This document shows, piece by piece, positions 52,881 through 64,000 of a stretch of 64,000 nt of DNA. The translations under genes were made by a program, and so were the position numbers. Under the pieces are notes generated by a model. It saw only the letters and a list, made by a program, of their open reading frames with translations, was not told the DNA's origin and ran no database searches. The stretch comes from Camelus ferus (lineage: Eukaryota): the NCBI RefSeq assembly GCF_009834535.1, contig NC_045696.1, positions 83,142,001-83,206,000 of the forward strand. The letters run 5' to 3'. Each line of letters opens with the position of its first letter. The stretch's first letter is position 1.

Positions 52881-55800
52881 GTTGAAGGTAAAACAGCTGG
52901 GTGGTTCCACCATTGAAAATCACATTTTTTTAAGTGTAGAAACAGCCTTACTTCACAGCTCTGGGTCACAATCTCCCACCCAGACAAAAGAATACCCTAA
53001 AAATATCTGAGCCTCTGGATACTAACCAACTCAACAGAGCAATGGCAGTGTGAATATTAGTTCTGGCTTCAAATCCTTTTTCTCCTTTTTATCCTCTCTT
53101 ACTCACCGTTTTCTTTTAACCTTTTGGTTGTTGTTTGCTTGCTTGATTTGGGGAATTACTCAGCCTGAATTATCTTCCCAGCATTTGTTCTATTCTTTAT
53201 GTATTAATTAATGGTGAACTTTCATTCATTCCACATTTGAAGTGTTACCATTCTAGGCATTAAATTCATACGAGAAATTTTTTTTTTCCTCAAAAAGAAG
53301 GAACAAGGAAATAAAAAAGGAAGGACATCTGTATTGATTTTGGACATTTTAGATACAGTAGTTTGAAAGGACTGTGAAACAGAAATTAATCCCACTGCCT
53401 GTGGAGTTCTGAGGACGAGCCGGGCAGCAGATCTCATTTAGAATCCTCCTTTGCCATCTATTAAGAAGTGAGCATGGCAGAGCTGGCCGTGGGGAGGCTT
53501 TTTGATTCTCAATTCCTCTGAACATTGCCAGTGTTTAATCAATAGCTAGTCCAGGCATCATTAAACACGTGCTCTCGGTTCAAGGTCCTCTGATGGAGAT
53601 GGTTGAGGGAATTGCTCAGTTTTGCTGTAAAGTGCAAAAAAGGGTGCCTACATTCAGGTTAGCCGACTTGAAAGAGATACAATTTTAAACCATATTGCAT
53701 TAAATGAGACCTGTTTTAATGGGTTACATGGAATATCAATTATTCTTGATCTCGTAATTGTTGCTTCCAATGTAAGATGTATCCTACTGAACTGGAGATT
53801 CTGCAATTATTAATTCATGCTTTCTACAAGGAGAAGGGTTAGCAACTATGTCAGTCACTGGAATGAAGGAAGCCTGTTCTTCCTCATCTTAAATTTTCTA
53901 TTTCGATGATTCCATACAAGTTTAAATTCCTTATACCGTGGTCCTAAGCAACTGTGTGACAAAGCAGGACAGTCTGTTTTGATATTCCGAGTGGAGCTGC
54001 AGAGGCCGAGGGCACAACTGCTTCTTCCATTGTCCTGGAATGTATGTGACGTGGCACTTAGCAACCATCACTAGTCCTGCGGAAATACCAAGAGATGAAA
54101 TACTGTAGTTCTTACACCACCAGGTCTCATATAAAAGTTATAATGAAAAATAAGGGAGATTAGTAAATCATTTTCTTTTGGAAATAAGGCCAGGTTGAAA
54201 TTTGACGGTTTTGAAACTTCAAGAATTTTAAAAAGGTGAGTTGTAGGAATCAATGCATTCTTCCCAGACAAAAGAGGAGTAATTAGTCAGTTTGTTATTA
54301 CAATAAACATGCATTTGTTTCCCTTGAATCCAGGAGAAATCCTGAAATCTTAGATATTTTTTTCACAACATACAATAGAGAAAATAGAGGCAGAAAATCA
54401 CTCAAACCATTCCACTGCAATTATTAAAAGTTTGAGCCATGTACTGTATTCATTTCTAAAATAAATGAACGTGGGCACTGAGATTATGGCAAAGCAGAAC
54501 AGGCAAAGGCACTCTTGCTATTGGCTCATCATCTGTGGCTTTCATTTGGTCGGGGCCAGCATGATGAAGGCTTCTGGTGAATACGAAACCATACAATATA
54601 AAACTTTCCAATCAAAATCTGAACAATGTCAAACAAGAATAAGTCTTGGAACCCTTTTCTTTTTACTTCATTACAAATCATTAGGTTGTTATTAAATAAT
54701 ACAGCAAAATTTTAGCATCTGATGCAAATCCCATGTTCTTAGCATGTATGTTCAAATGGTTATACTGACTTTGATAAAACTACTTTAAAATTGTGAAAAA
54801 TTAAACTATAAAATTGTGTATGATACACTACTTTGTAAAATAAAATTCATATGGTTGGAAACAGATAGAGGAAAAAAAAAACCAAAAAACAAAAAACCCT
54901 GCAGCTTTCTGGTGTCTTGACTGTGACAGTCCAAAGTACCAGGACCTCTCACCAGTCCAGCCTTAAGGCAAGAATCTCTACAGGTTCTCCTTGATTCCAT
55001 ATCTGCCTAATCCATTTTCCACACAGCTCTGCATTGTGAGTCCTTTACATTTTAATTGGTGTCTTTTCCTTCCTACGAAAGCAAGTCCAAACATCCCAAC
55101 ACCTTCCTTTTGAACAGACATGTTTATTTGTTTGAACATCACTGGATTCAACTGGTCAACTCCACCCAAAAGACATATCCCATTGTCTACTACCCACAAG
55201 CTGAGTGTCCTTCCTCAAGTTGCTTAAACTTTCTTGAGTCTTATTTCTTCCCATTGCTAAAACAGTGAGAAGAAGAGAACTCACTTCCCCAGGTTTTATG
55301 AGGTTTAAATGAAACGGTGAATAGAAGCTTAATGCAGTGCCCCAATAGATCATACATATTCTATAAATATTAGCCATTGTTATCATTTAACAACATGCCC
55401 ACGCTCACACAGCTAGTAGGTGCAAAGCTGAGATTCTGACTTAGAGCTTTCGGTGCCAAGGCTTATGATCCTTCTGCTATGCACTCTGTATTTCAGATGT
55501 CTGAAGGGAGATTTGGATGAATGCTGGCTCCCATTCAGCTCACAGTCAAATCCTCTAACACAGGCCTGCGGTGCAGAATTTCTACATTGTCGATTGAAGT
55601 GAGAGCCATAAGGTTTAGACACCAGACACCAGGGAGGCAAGGTTGACATTCTGTTGTGAAAGCTTAAGAGTCTGACTTGTATTCCTGCCCAGACAGAAGG
55701 CCAGCCCACCGCAGCCGAGACCAACCAGTGTGGGAGTTCACAGAATGAGCCAACTTTTATTTCCAAGAGGGAACACAGAGAATCTTCTTAAATTCCCAAA

Positions 55801-57339
55801 CTTGGGATGAAATAAGACTAAATTACCATACCATCTAGCCCAGAAGAGAGCAGCTTAGCAAAGGTTACACGGCAGATGTACTCAACTCCTTTTTCCCCTT
55901 CAAAAAGTGTGAAGCACACTTCAGTACACCGTCATGCTTGATTTCAGAGTGGTAATCTGCAAGCCTGTAAACCCACGCCTGTGATTCCAAAGCTGTAACA
56001 TTAACCTCTGTGAACCCCAGTTTCATTATCTTTAAAACGAGAGTAATCGTATCTACCTCTTAAGGTTGTTGGGAGGATTAGAGATAATATTTTTTAAATC
56101 ATGGTAATTATTATTACTAGCAGACATAGCCAAAATTACTTCCAAAGTCTAATTACTTAGATTCAAGAGTTTGAATCTCTGGATTAATTAATGTGTCTGA
56201 AAAGAACGTACTTGGACTAAGCTTGCACAGCATCTAGATGACACTTCGACCCAGAGGACTGAGCCTCAAGGAGCCCTGCCTTTCCCTGGGTATGCTCCGT
56301 GCCCCAGCAGCCTTAATCCACCCAAACCAGCAAGCCTGCAGGGGCAGGAGACATGCAGACTTGATTGTTAGGTCAATGGTCTTATTCTTGTCTCATGACT
56401 ACTGAAGAGATGTTCCCTAAAATGCTCTCAGTGTCAGAGTTCAAACTCCTTTCTTGCCTAACTCCTTCTTTGGCTCAAACTTGAACCCTACCTTGGGCCC
56501 GTGCTTGTCGACAGCCCCACCACTTTGCTTTCAGAACTCAAATTCTCAGAATGTGTATGTAGGTACCGAGGATTAGTGGCCCCAGCCCTTTCCCTTGGCT
56601 TTTGTGTCTTACTCCTTGTCTTTATCCTGTGACTGGAAATGACACCCTGGATTTTGATCACAGCTTTGCCCTGGACTCCCATTCATAATCATACAAATAT
56701 CCTATCTTTACAAAGTGGCTGCTCAGCACCAGGCTCTAGGCTCTACAAAATCTGAGGAAGTTTTCCCACTCTTGTGGTTCAGAGGCCAGTCTTTGTCCCC
56801 CAGATATGCTCTGACATTGACAGGAGACCTGGGATTTCAGAGAACCAATATGCAAATCATCCCACCAAATGGCAAGTTCATATCTGTGTTATACTTAGGG
56901 TTTCAAATACTGTCCATGAGACTTTCACAAGAAGCCAAGTGACAAATCTAAGCTTAAATTTAGTTGGTTCTATTACATGCATATTCCATCTACTTACAAA
57001 GATAATTTGAGGCAGTGTACTGTCTAAAACATATTTATAATAGAACCACCAAAGCTAAGGCTTAAAAGGAGGGAGAAGGCACAAAAAATAACCACTGCAG
57101 AAAAACAAAAGCCATGTTACGAAGTGGGGTAGAGAAAGCTAAATTAGGAATATAGGTTAAATGGAATCTCTGCATTTAAGCCTACATGCTGGGTTTCCTA
57201 GGAGCCAAAGCCATGCATTGTATAATTCTTCTTATCTAATAAAGAGAAGCAGATTGTCAGAGAGGCAAAATGCTCCTACATCTAAACAAAGCATAATTTG
57301 TTGCAAGGATCTGTATATTTTAAACACGGAATCAATACA

Positions 57340-59212
57340 GAGTCATCTAATAAAAGTAAACACTTTATTTCAGACACATGCTAGGTACTGAGAATACAAA
57401 AGAGAGTAAATTCTATTGGGGGCAATAGACGAGAGGATAAATCCATTGGGAGAGGCTCTGTGTTAGAGATGGGCCCTTGGCTGTATGTGGTGGTATAATG
57501 TAACATTTCACAAGTGCTGTCTAGCCTTGGGTTTGAGGTCATGGCTCAAAATTCTCAGTTCCCCCTTTGCAGTCAGTTTGCTAAGCCCCCACCCCAACTA
57601 CTTCCCTTATCAGACATTCTAGAGTGAAGATACACACATATCCAACTGTCAGAGGTTCCCAGATACCTAACACCCAGGGATGGCCCCTTCCTTGGAGTTG
57701 TGGAATTATTTAAAATATCCAGTCTCTAGGAGGACTGTGAGCTTAGCCTGAATCCACCCCCACTGGCCATATAAGCTGCCTCCTCTGTGAACAACTAGCT
57801 TGTTATTTTGTTTTGGATGTAGTCCAGTGGGTAGCCCTGAATGGCACCTTTCTCTCATTTGGAACTTTAAGTAACAAAGAGTTCTTCCTTTCATCTATCT
57901 GAGTGTCTTTATGTTGTGTCCCACCATTGAAATAATCTTTAAATCTTCTAAAACAGTTGACAAATTTGGATTATACATATGGGAGTAGATCTGGAAAGTC
58001 TTCTCAGAAGAGGTGATTCCAAACTTTGCATTGAAAGGGAGGAGAAGTTAAGTGAAGTTGGGGGAGATGAGGAAAGATTGTGAGGTGAGAGGGGAACGTG
58101 TTGACTTGCACTCAAACCCAGGGACAAGCACTGCAGAAGCAGGGAGTGTCTGACAGATGGAACACTAAGACAAAGGTGTGGGAATGTGGAAACTTCTGGT
58201 ATACTTAAGGAACTGCAAATTTCAGTGTGTCTGTATCTGGAGGATGAAGTACAGAGTAGAAAATGGCAGGTAAGTCAAAAGTAACCACGAGTCAGATCTT
58301 GAGGCATCTTATAAGCCATAATAAGAATTTTGGGTTAATTCTAAAGGATATATAGAGACAATAAGCATTTTTAAGGATGGTAAGAATTTTTTTTATTATA
58401 TTTTCAAAAGATGTTTCTGGCAGTCATTAAGATAATGGATTAAAGGGGGCAAGTATGAAGGATGATACCAGTAAACAGATAATCACAATAAAACTTTCTT
58501 TAAAAAATGCCAAGGGCCTGAATGCAAGTAGTCATAATGGGATTGCTCTTAGGGAGATACTATGGAGAAATTGCCCGTTGGTCCCACTGGGGAACCTGAG
58601 GGGTGGCATCAGAGAGAGGGAGTCATGAGTGATTCCAGATTTACCAGACTGGCCTGGAGAATGGGTGGCCTGAGCTGTCAGTACTACTCAGAGAAGAAGA
58701 AAGTTGTGGGGTGGAGGGTAGGAAGGGAGATACACTTAATTTTAGGTTCACTAAGTTTGCAGTGCTGGGGGACATCCTCAGTGAGGAGGTCAGGCAGTGG
58801 CTGGACCTCTGGGTTCAAGAACGAGGAGAGTGATCTGATTCAGTGCTACTGATGTGGACAACATTCAATCCTAGCTAACTGCAGTAGGTAAAGCTGTGCA
58901 AGTGAAAGAGACCACACAGGAGGGAGTGGAGAAAGGGTCAAAGCCAGAACTCTGAAGATCATTAAAATTTTGGAGGTGGACAGAGAGAAAGACTAAAAAT
59001 GGTTAAGCAGTCATCCCAGAGATGGAAGAGAACCAAGACAAAGTTGGGTCTTACCACTCAAGGAAGAGAGAGTGTCAGGAAGGAAGAAGAGGTCATTACA
59101 GTCAAGATGTTAAGCAGAATGACTGAAAAGTATTCTTTGAAACTAACAGTGGATAATTCATGAATAATCCTGGCAAAACCAGTTTTGATAGGAACTTTGT
59201 CTTAAGATAGAG
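57340..59212 (-). mobile_element. L2 LINE relic, interrupted by an LTR at about 57.46-57.95 kb
   Basis: Purine-rich reverse-L2 motifs (gaaagtcttctcagaagaggtga, gaggtcaggcagtggctggac) and an L2 3'-tail-like segment at about 57340-57420. Boundaries approximate. Confidence 0.7.
57460..57950 (+). mobile_element. Solo LTR (ERV/ERVL-like, family not determined)
   Basis: TG-start region, TATA-like ccatataagctg, polyA-like agtaacaaa and R/U5-like tail, inserted between two L2 pieces. Confidence 0.5.
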
Positions 59213-59408
59213 AAAAAGTTGATCATAGAGGAGAAAGAAGGATATATTAGAAGCAAGATACTCTATCTTAAAACAAAACTACTCCCTAAGATTCGTTTTG
59301 CCAGCCTTATTCATAAATTATCCACTGTTAGTTTCAAGGAATGCTCTTCAGTCATTTTCCCTAAATCTTGGAAGTAATGACCTCTCCTGCCTTCCTGCCA
59401 GTCTCTTC
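59065..59408. repeat. Long imperfect inverted repeat formed by two head-to-head L2 segments
   Basis: 59118-59179 vs the reverse complement of 59295-59356 match 56/62. Inner arms 59196-59212 vs 59261-59277 match 16/17. There is a 48-nt loop, and similarity continues outward (AGAGGTCATTAC on both sides). Confidence 0.92.
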
Positions 59409-59520
59409 TCCTGGGGCTACAGGACATAATGTTCTCTGGGTTCCCTTACATTTCTGTGATGATTCTACCACCTCTTTCATATAGTCCTTTCCTTCTGCTC
59501 ACCTCCAAAATTTTGACAAG
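59261..59520 (+). mobile_element. L2 LINE fragment, opposite orientation to the adjacent L2
   Basis: Pyrimidine-rich L2-like text (tcttctcctggggctacaggacataatgttctctgggttcc). Boundaries approximate. Confidence 0.6.
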
Positions 59521-62500
59521 GTTCTAAGAGGAGGGCAGGTGGAGATTAGCCTGAAATAACAGCAGAGCACCTTTCTTCTTAGTGAAGAACAAAGTGGGCA
59601 GAGCTGAAAGTTAATGTCAAAGTTTCTAAGGTGGGAGTAAAAGTTGGGAGGGCCTTTAGCTGAAAATTTGTTTCTCTGCAAAATGAAAGACATGCATTCA
59701 GTAATAGATTTTGAAGTCACTGAATTAAAAAAATGTCTCTATGATTATTGTTGTTAGAAAATGTGAACGCTGAAACCGCAGGGCTCTTTTCTTGTCAGCA
59801 GCTAGAAAACTATACTATATTTCTATGCAGCTAGAAATCTAGACACTAGATTGGGATTTAAGTTTCAGGCTCACATCTGGTATTTGCAAGCACTTAATCC
59901 TTCTGCTTCTTTTAGATGGAGGCAGTACTCTTTTACGTTTAATGCCTTTTTTCACTTTGGACCCTGTGAAAATGCATAAGCTGCCTAAAGCTTGCTGCCT
60001 CCAGTGCTTTCAGAAACAGGGAGATATAAATCTTCAACCCAGTAATAAATGAGAATGAGAATATTTTACTATATGGTGAAAATACAGCTGTGACTATTGC
60101 TTTAAAACTCCAAAAGCATATAGAAGGCAAAAAAAAAAAAAGGAAAGTAAAACAAGAGTTATTAGAAGAGTCGATGAATGTATGTTTGTTAAAAAGCTAG
60201 CAACAAAGATGTCCAATGGAAGCCATCTGATCACCAAAGCAAGTTTGTAAGTCTAGTGTCTGACCCTCCGTAGTTTTGTTTAGTCCTATGCCTACAGCCA
60301 GCTGCAAATATAGAGCTAACACTAATAATATGAGCTATTTTTTCATTGATTGCTTGCTCTGTGTTAGGCACTGCACACCTGCATCGTAACTTGTCCTCAT
60401 TACCTGCTACAGACAAACAGTTCCTGAACAGGTAAGTGACCGCTCAAAGTCACACAGCTTCTATACGGGATGACTATGTGGTAGAGTTAACTTAATATTA
60501 TCACCTTGAAAAAGGAAAAAAATTTTTTCCCAAGATATGCTGTTTTCAGATTAGTATTATTTTTCTCACAGTCCTAAAGCCCATTCTGTAATATCACAAA
60601 CAAGTAATGTAAAGTTATGCTCCTGTACAATTCAGGATCTCCCATTCTCAGGGTCTTTGTGCACTGAATGGTACTCTGATTGTGGGACAATAATGTGAGA
60701 GTAGACACATAATAATTATAAATGACTGACTCAAGCCACCACTTACTGGACATCGACCCTGTGCCAGGTACTGTTTTCAGCTCTTCATATGTACGTTCAT
60801 CCCATCCAGGGGCTATTCCATAAGGCACTATGAAATCATTTAGGAAATGTAAGAAAACAAAATTATTCAGTGCTTAAAATTCAGGTTTTATTACTTGATG
60901 CAATATATATTATAGAAATCTTACTTCTAAAAATATTTTGCAAATATAACTAGAAAAAATCCTAGAGATTATTCTGAAGGCAGACCTGTGAAGATATTTT
61001 CCACACAGAGCAAAAGAGGAAAAGAAAAGGCAGCTGGCAAGGATGAAGACCACTCTGCTAACATTTCATCATTTTGTTTTGTTTTAACCTTGGATACAGA
61101 AGGTAGAATTTATTATACTTCTCAGTTCAAGGAAAATTCTTATCACTCCCTGGTGCTTGGAAGGGCCTCCCTTGTTCTATTTGTTCACTTTTAGCCCCAG
61201 AATCCACTTTTAGTCTCCCCGATTCCCTATGGGCAGCCGTTCGAATGTTTTAAGTACATTCCAAAAGTTTCTGTCCTTATACAATGTTTAAGATTGATTT
61301 TTATGAATTATATCCTGGTTTTACTAGATATAGAATCAGAGAGACTGAGAGAGAGATAAAGAATGATACAGACTCTGAAGATCAGAGATTAAGAAACTGG
61401 GCCAGGATCACACAACTCTTATATGATGCAGTGGAATTCAGACCTCAGTCTGTCTCTGCCTAAAATTGTCAGTCTTACCTTCCCAAGTCTGAAGGCTGTA
61501 GAAAAACTGTAGAAAAAAAGATTGCTAAATGCATTCTTAAAATCTATTGGATTTGGAAAAAGGTTTTGAATTGGATTAATCATCAACAAAACGGATAAAA
61601 ACTTGGGAAGTTCATGAGTTGTTTTTTTGTTTTTTGTTTTTTTTTTTTGTCAAGGCTACAGACAGGGGATGAGGAGGGCAGAGGAGAAGTGTTCTTTAGA
61701 TTCAATTTTGGGGAATTAAATTTATCACCTACCACACAAAAGTGATTAATATTGCGAGGGAGATGAATTTGATAATGACTGAGAGATGCCATCAAGCTGA
61801 CAAACTAAACAATTTTTTTAACCTGACATAGCCCTATTCAAGACATCAGCTGTCATATGAAATGAATTCTGTTTCTAATTTGTCTTCATAAATAATGCAA
61901 CTAATTGAAAGGTAGTTACAATGAACGTCTTTAACTTCTTTCATCTCCGATTTGAGGGCAATCTCTTTTCATTCCCTGGAAAGAATCCTCCACTTCTTTT
62001 ATCAAGTAAAACTTAGACATAACTGATCAGAACACTGAGATCAAAAACAAAAGAATCCATTGTGTGAAGACCACCACATCTAATGGTTTTCTCAATCTTC
62101 TTTTTTTCTAAGTTTTGCATTATCTTAAAATGTAGAAGATAAAGATCTTGACGTAAGAAAATTTATTCAAGCTCAGAATTTCACAAAGGATATCTTTATT
62201 TAATTAGGTTGTACATCTACCCTCTTCTTTCACCTAATTTATATTTATTTAGAATTAAAATATAACCTCTGATTCTACCATGCTGCACACTTAATCATAC
62301 AGAAAAATCTTTAGTTTCCAGCTTCTAGTAACCTTTCTTCTTCCTTCCCTCACATCACTTAGAATAAAAGGAACCACTGAACAAAAACAGAAACTGACCA
62401 ATTCCAGCAAGTGGAAATAAAGAATTCTTGCAGTGAAGACTAAAATAATTAACATGTTGTTCATCTGAGGTTTCTCTGTGCAGACACCAGTGATTCCATT

Positions 62501-63264
62501 TGTTTATTTGTAAGTACAGATGTTAATAAACTGATGTGCTGAAGGCATGAAAAAGCAGTAAGAGAACTATGCAAGCATTAAAACCTTCAATCATTTAATT
62601 ATTTCACCCCTCTGAGAAGGCCAATTTCAAGAAAAACAGCAGAGGAAGGACATGATTGTGATTGGAGATTTGAGCTGGGTCTATTTCATAAGGTTGTTAT
62701 TAAAAATGGGAAGAGAAGAAAGATTTTGAGGGACACCAAATTATAGCTAAAACCTTACAAGTTACTTAAAATGCAAATTACACAGATAAATACAGAAAAT
62801 TTGGATAATATGATTATTTTGGTATCTAGCTCCTGGCTGTTAAAAGATATCCACTGGCAATAGAAGGAGTTTAGTCTACGTTATCATTACTTACATTTAG
62901 TAATAGCTACTAAAGTCTGCCTTTCAACAATGAGAAAATCTCCAATTCCAAGCTATGGAAAGATAATGTATTTTGTCCAAGGTCCAAAAGCTAGAAACAC
63001 TTCAAGTTTGAGTTTTTCCCCCCCAAAAATGAATCCATCTGGGTAAAGTCCTGATATCTTTTTGTTATGATACATTCTGTTATAATTCTGTTACAATAAC
63101 AGCTATTCTGTTATAATACATTCTTTTATGATTATAGCTAACATTTAACTAATACTTGCCAGATATTGTATAGGTATTGACTTTTGTCTAAACGCATAAG
63201 AGCAAAATGGAGACAGACTGGAGAAGAAGGAACCCAGGGGAAGAGATGGCCACCCTAGTCCACT

Positions 63265-63615
63265 TGAGCTGCTGGAACAACATATCACAGCCTGAGAGAC
63301 TTAATCAATTTATCTTTCCACAGTTGTGGAGTCTGGAGAGTCCAAGATCAAGGTTCTAGTAGGGTCTGGTTTCTGGCGAGAGCTCTCTCCCTGGCTTCAG
63401 ATGGTCACCCTCCAACTAGATCCTAGTATGGTAGAGAGAGCAAGTTCGCTGGTATCTCTTCTTAGACAAGCATTAATCTTATCATGAGGATCTGCTACCC
63501 TCATGAGCTCTTCTAAACCTAATCATCTCCCAAATATTCCATCTCCAAATACCACCACACTGGGACTTGGGGCTTCAACATGTGCATTTGGATGGACACA
63601 ATTCAGCCCATAGCA
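63265..63615 (-). mobile_element. MaLR LTR (MLT1A/B/C-like)
   Basis: The reverse complement starts tgctatgggctgaattgtgtcc...atgttgaagcc...ggtatttggagatgg, the canonical MLT1 5' end. Confidence 0.85.
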
Positions 63616-64000
63616 AGGAGAGAGGAAGATGATCAAAAGTCAGAACTGGGTAATAAGTGTGTAAGTACAGACAGGCAGCTGTCAAAGGTGAAAACTGTGC
63701 TGTCAGGAAGTCAAGAAGAAGATTTAGAAAAATGAGTGGTTAATAGTGTCAGAGGCCATCGAGAAAGGCATGGAAAAGACTCCTCTTGAAACTGATAATT
63801 AGAAGGTCATCAGTGTCTTTCATTTGGTCTGAAGCCCAAATGCACAGATATAAAACTATATGTTATAATGCGTCATTACGGCAACACTAAATTATATGGC
63901 ATTACAAGAAAGAGAAGGAATGTTTTTGGCTGGGGTAACCAGAAAAGGCTTAACAGGACAACTGACATCGAACATGGAACATGGAACATGGACCAACAAC

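Noticed and set aside
55510-55600. Plus-strand translation beginning DLDEC, resembling a calcium-binding EGF start
   Set aside because: Opposite strand to the gene, lacks EGF Cys spacing, and hits a stop; treated as chance.
63970-63995. (GAACATG)x3 and other very short tandem duplications (e.g. about 2944-2975 and 63075-63118)
   Set aside because: Ordinary slippage repeats; no spacer structure, so not CRISPR-like.
24493-64000. miR-551b hairpin, known to be intronic in EGFEM1P/Egfem1
   Set aside because: I searched by eye for the mature sequence on the minus strand (plus strand CTGAAACCAAGTATGGGTCGC) and did not find it. It probably lies further upstream, outside the window.
46837-64000. Next upstream EGF exon (MEGF6 DVDEC...TCL equivalent)
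   Set aside because: No convincing minus-strand candidate found by eye; likely beyond the window.
1-64000. tRNA, rRNA, CRISPR arrays, prokaryotic or viral coding genes
   Set aside because: None seen. The only tRNA-like sequence is the degenerate SINE head at about 48.1 kb.

Overview
AT-rich, CpG-poor mammalian genomic DNA. It is probably camelid: it carries a tRNA-derived SINE of the ...ttaatggaggtactgggga type, and I saw no Alu, B1, Bov-tA or PRE-1. The window has two N gaps. The only gene-like structure is on the minus strand: ten symmetric phase-1/phase-1 exons from 46.8 kb down to 3.6 kb, plus one older relic at about 1.2 kb. They encode tandem EGF-like modules and an acidic linker, in the same order as MEGF6. 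This is best read as the MEGF6 paralog EGFEM1 (EGFEM1P in human). The gene is decaying in a mosaic way. Four exons are essentially intact. Two lose structural cysteines by point mutation. Two carry internally compensated double frameshifts. One has an uncompensated 2-nt deletion leading to a premature TGA. One (46.7-46.8 kb, not in the ORF track) has stops, an 8-nt deletion and a destroyed donor. The rest is intron filled with L1, L2, MIR, MER21, MLT1, LTR16-like and MER91-like relics and microsatellites. Almost all other ORF-track entries are chance ORFs. Most notable observations: (i) a ~340-nt fold-back of two head-to-head L2 pieces with 56/62-identical arms at 59.1-59.4 kb; (ii) skipping the dead exons would leave a 359-codon open frame; (iii) a burst of AT-to-GC changes in two exons, suggestive of GC-biased gene conversion; (iv) a triple stop plus two AATAAA signals just past the 3.6-kb exon, upstream of a much older relic exon, suggesting ancient truncation by intronic polyadenylation. 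Everything was read by eye, so repeat boundaries and family names are approximate and untested against databases.
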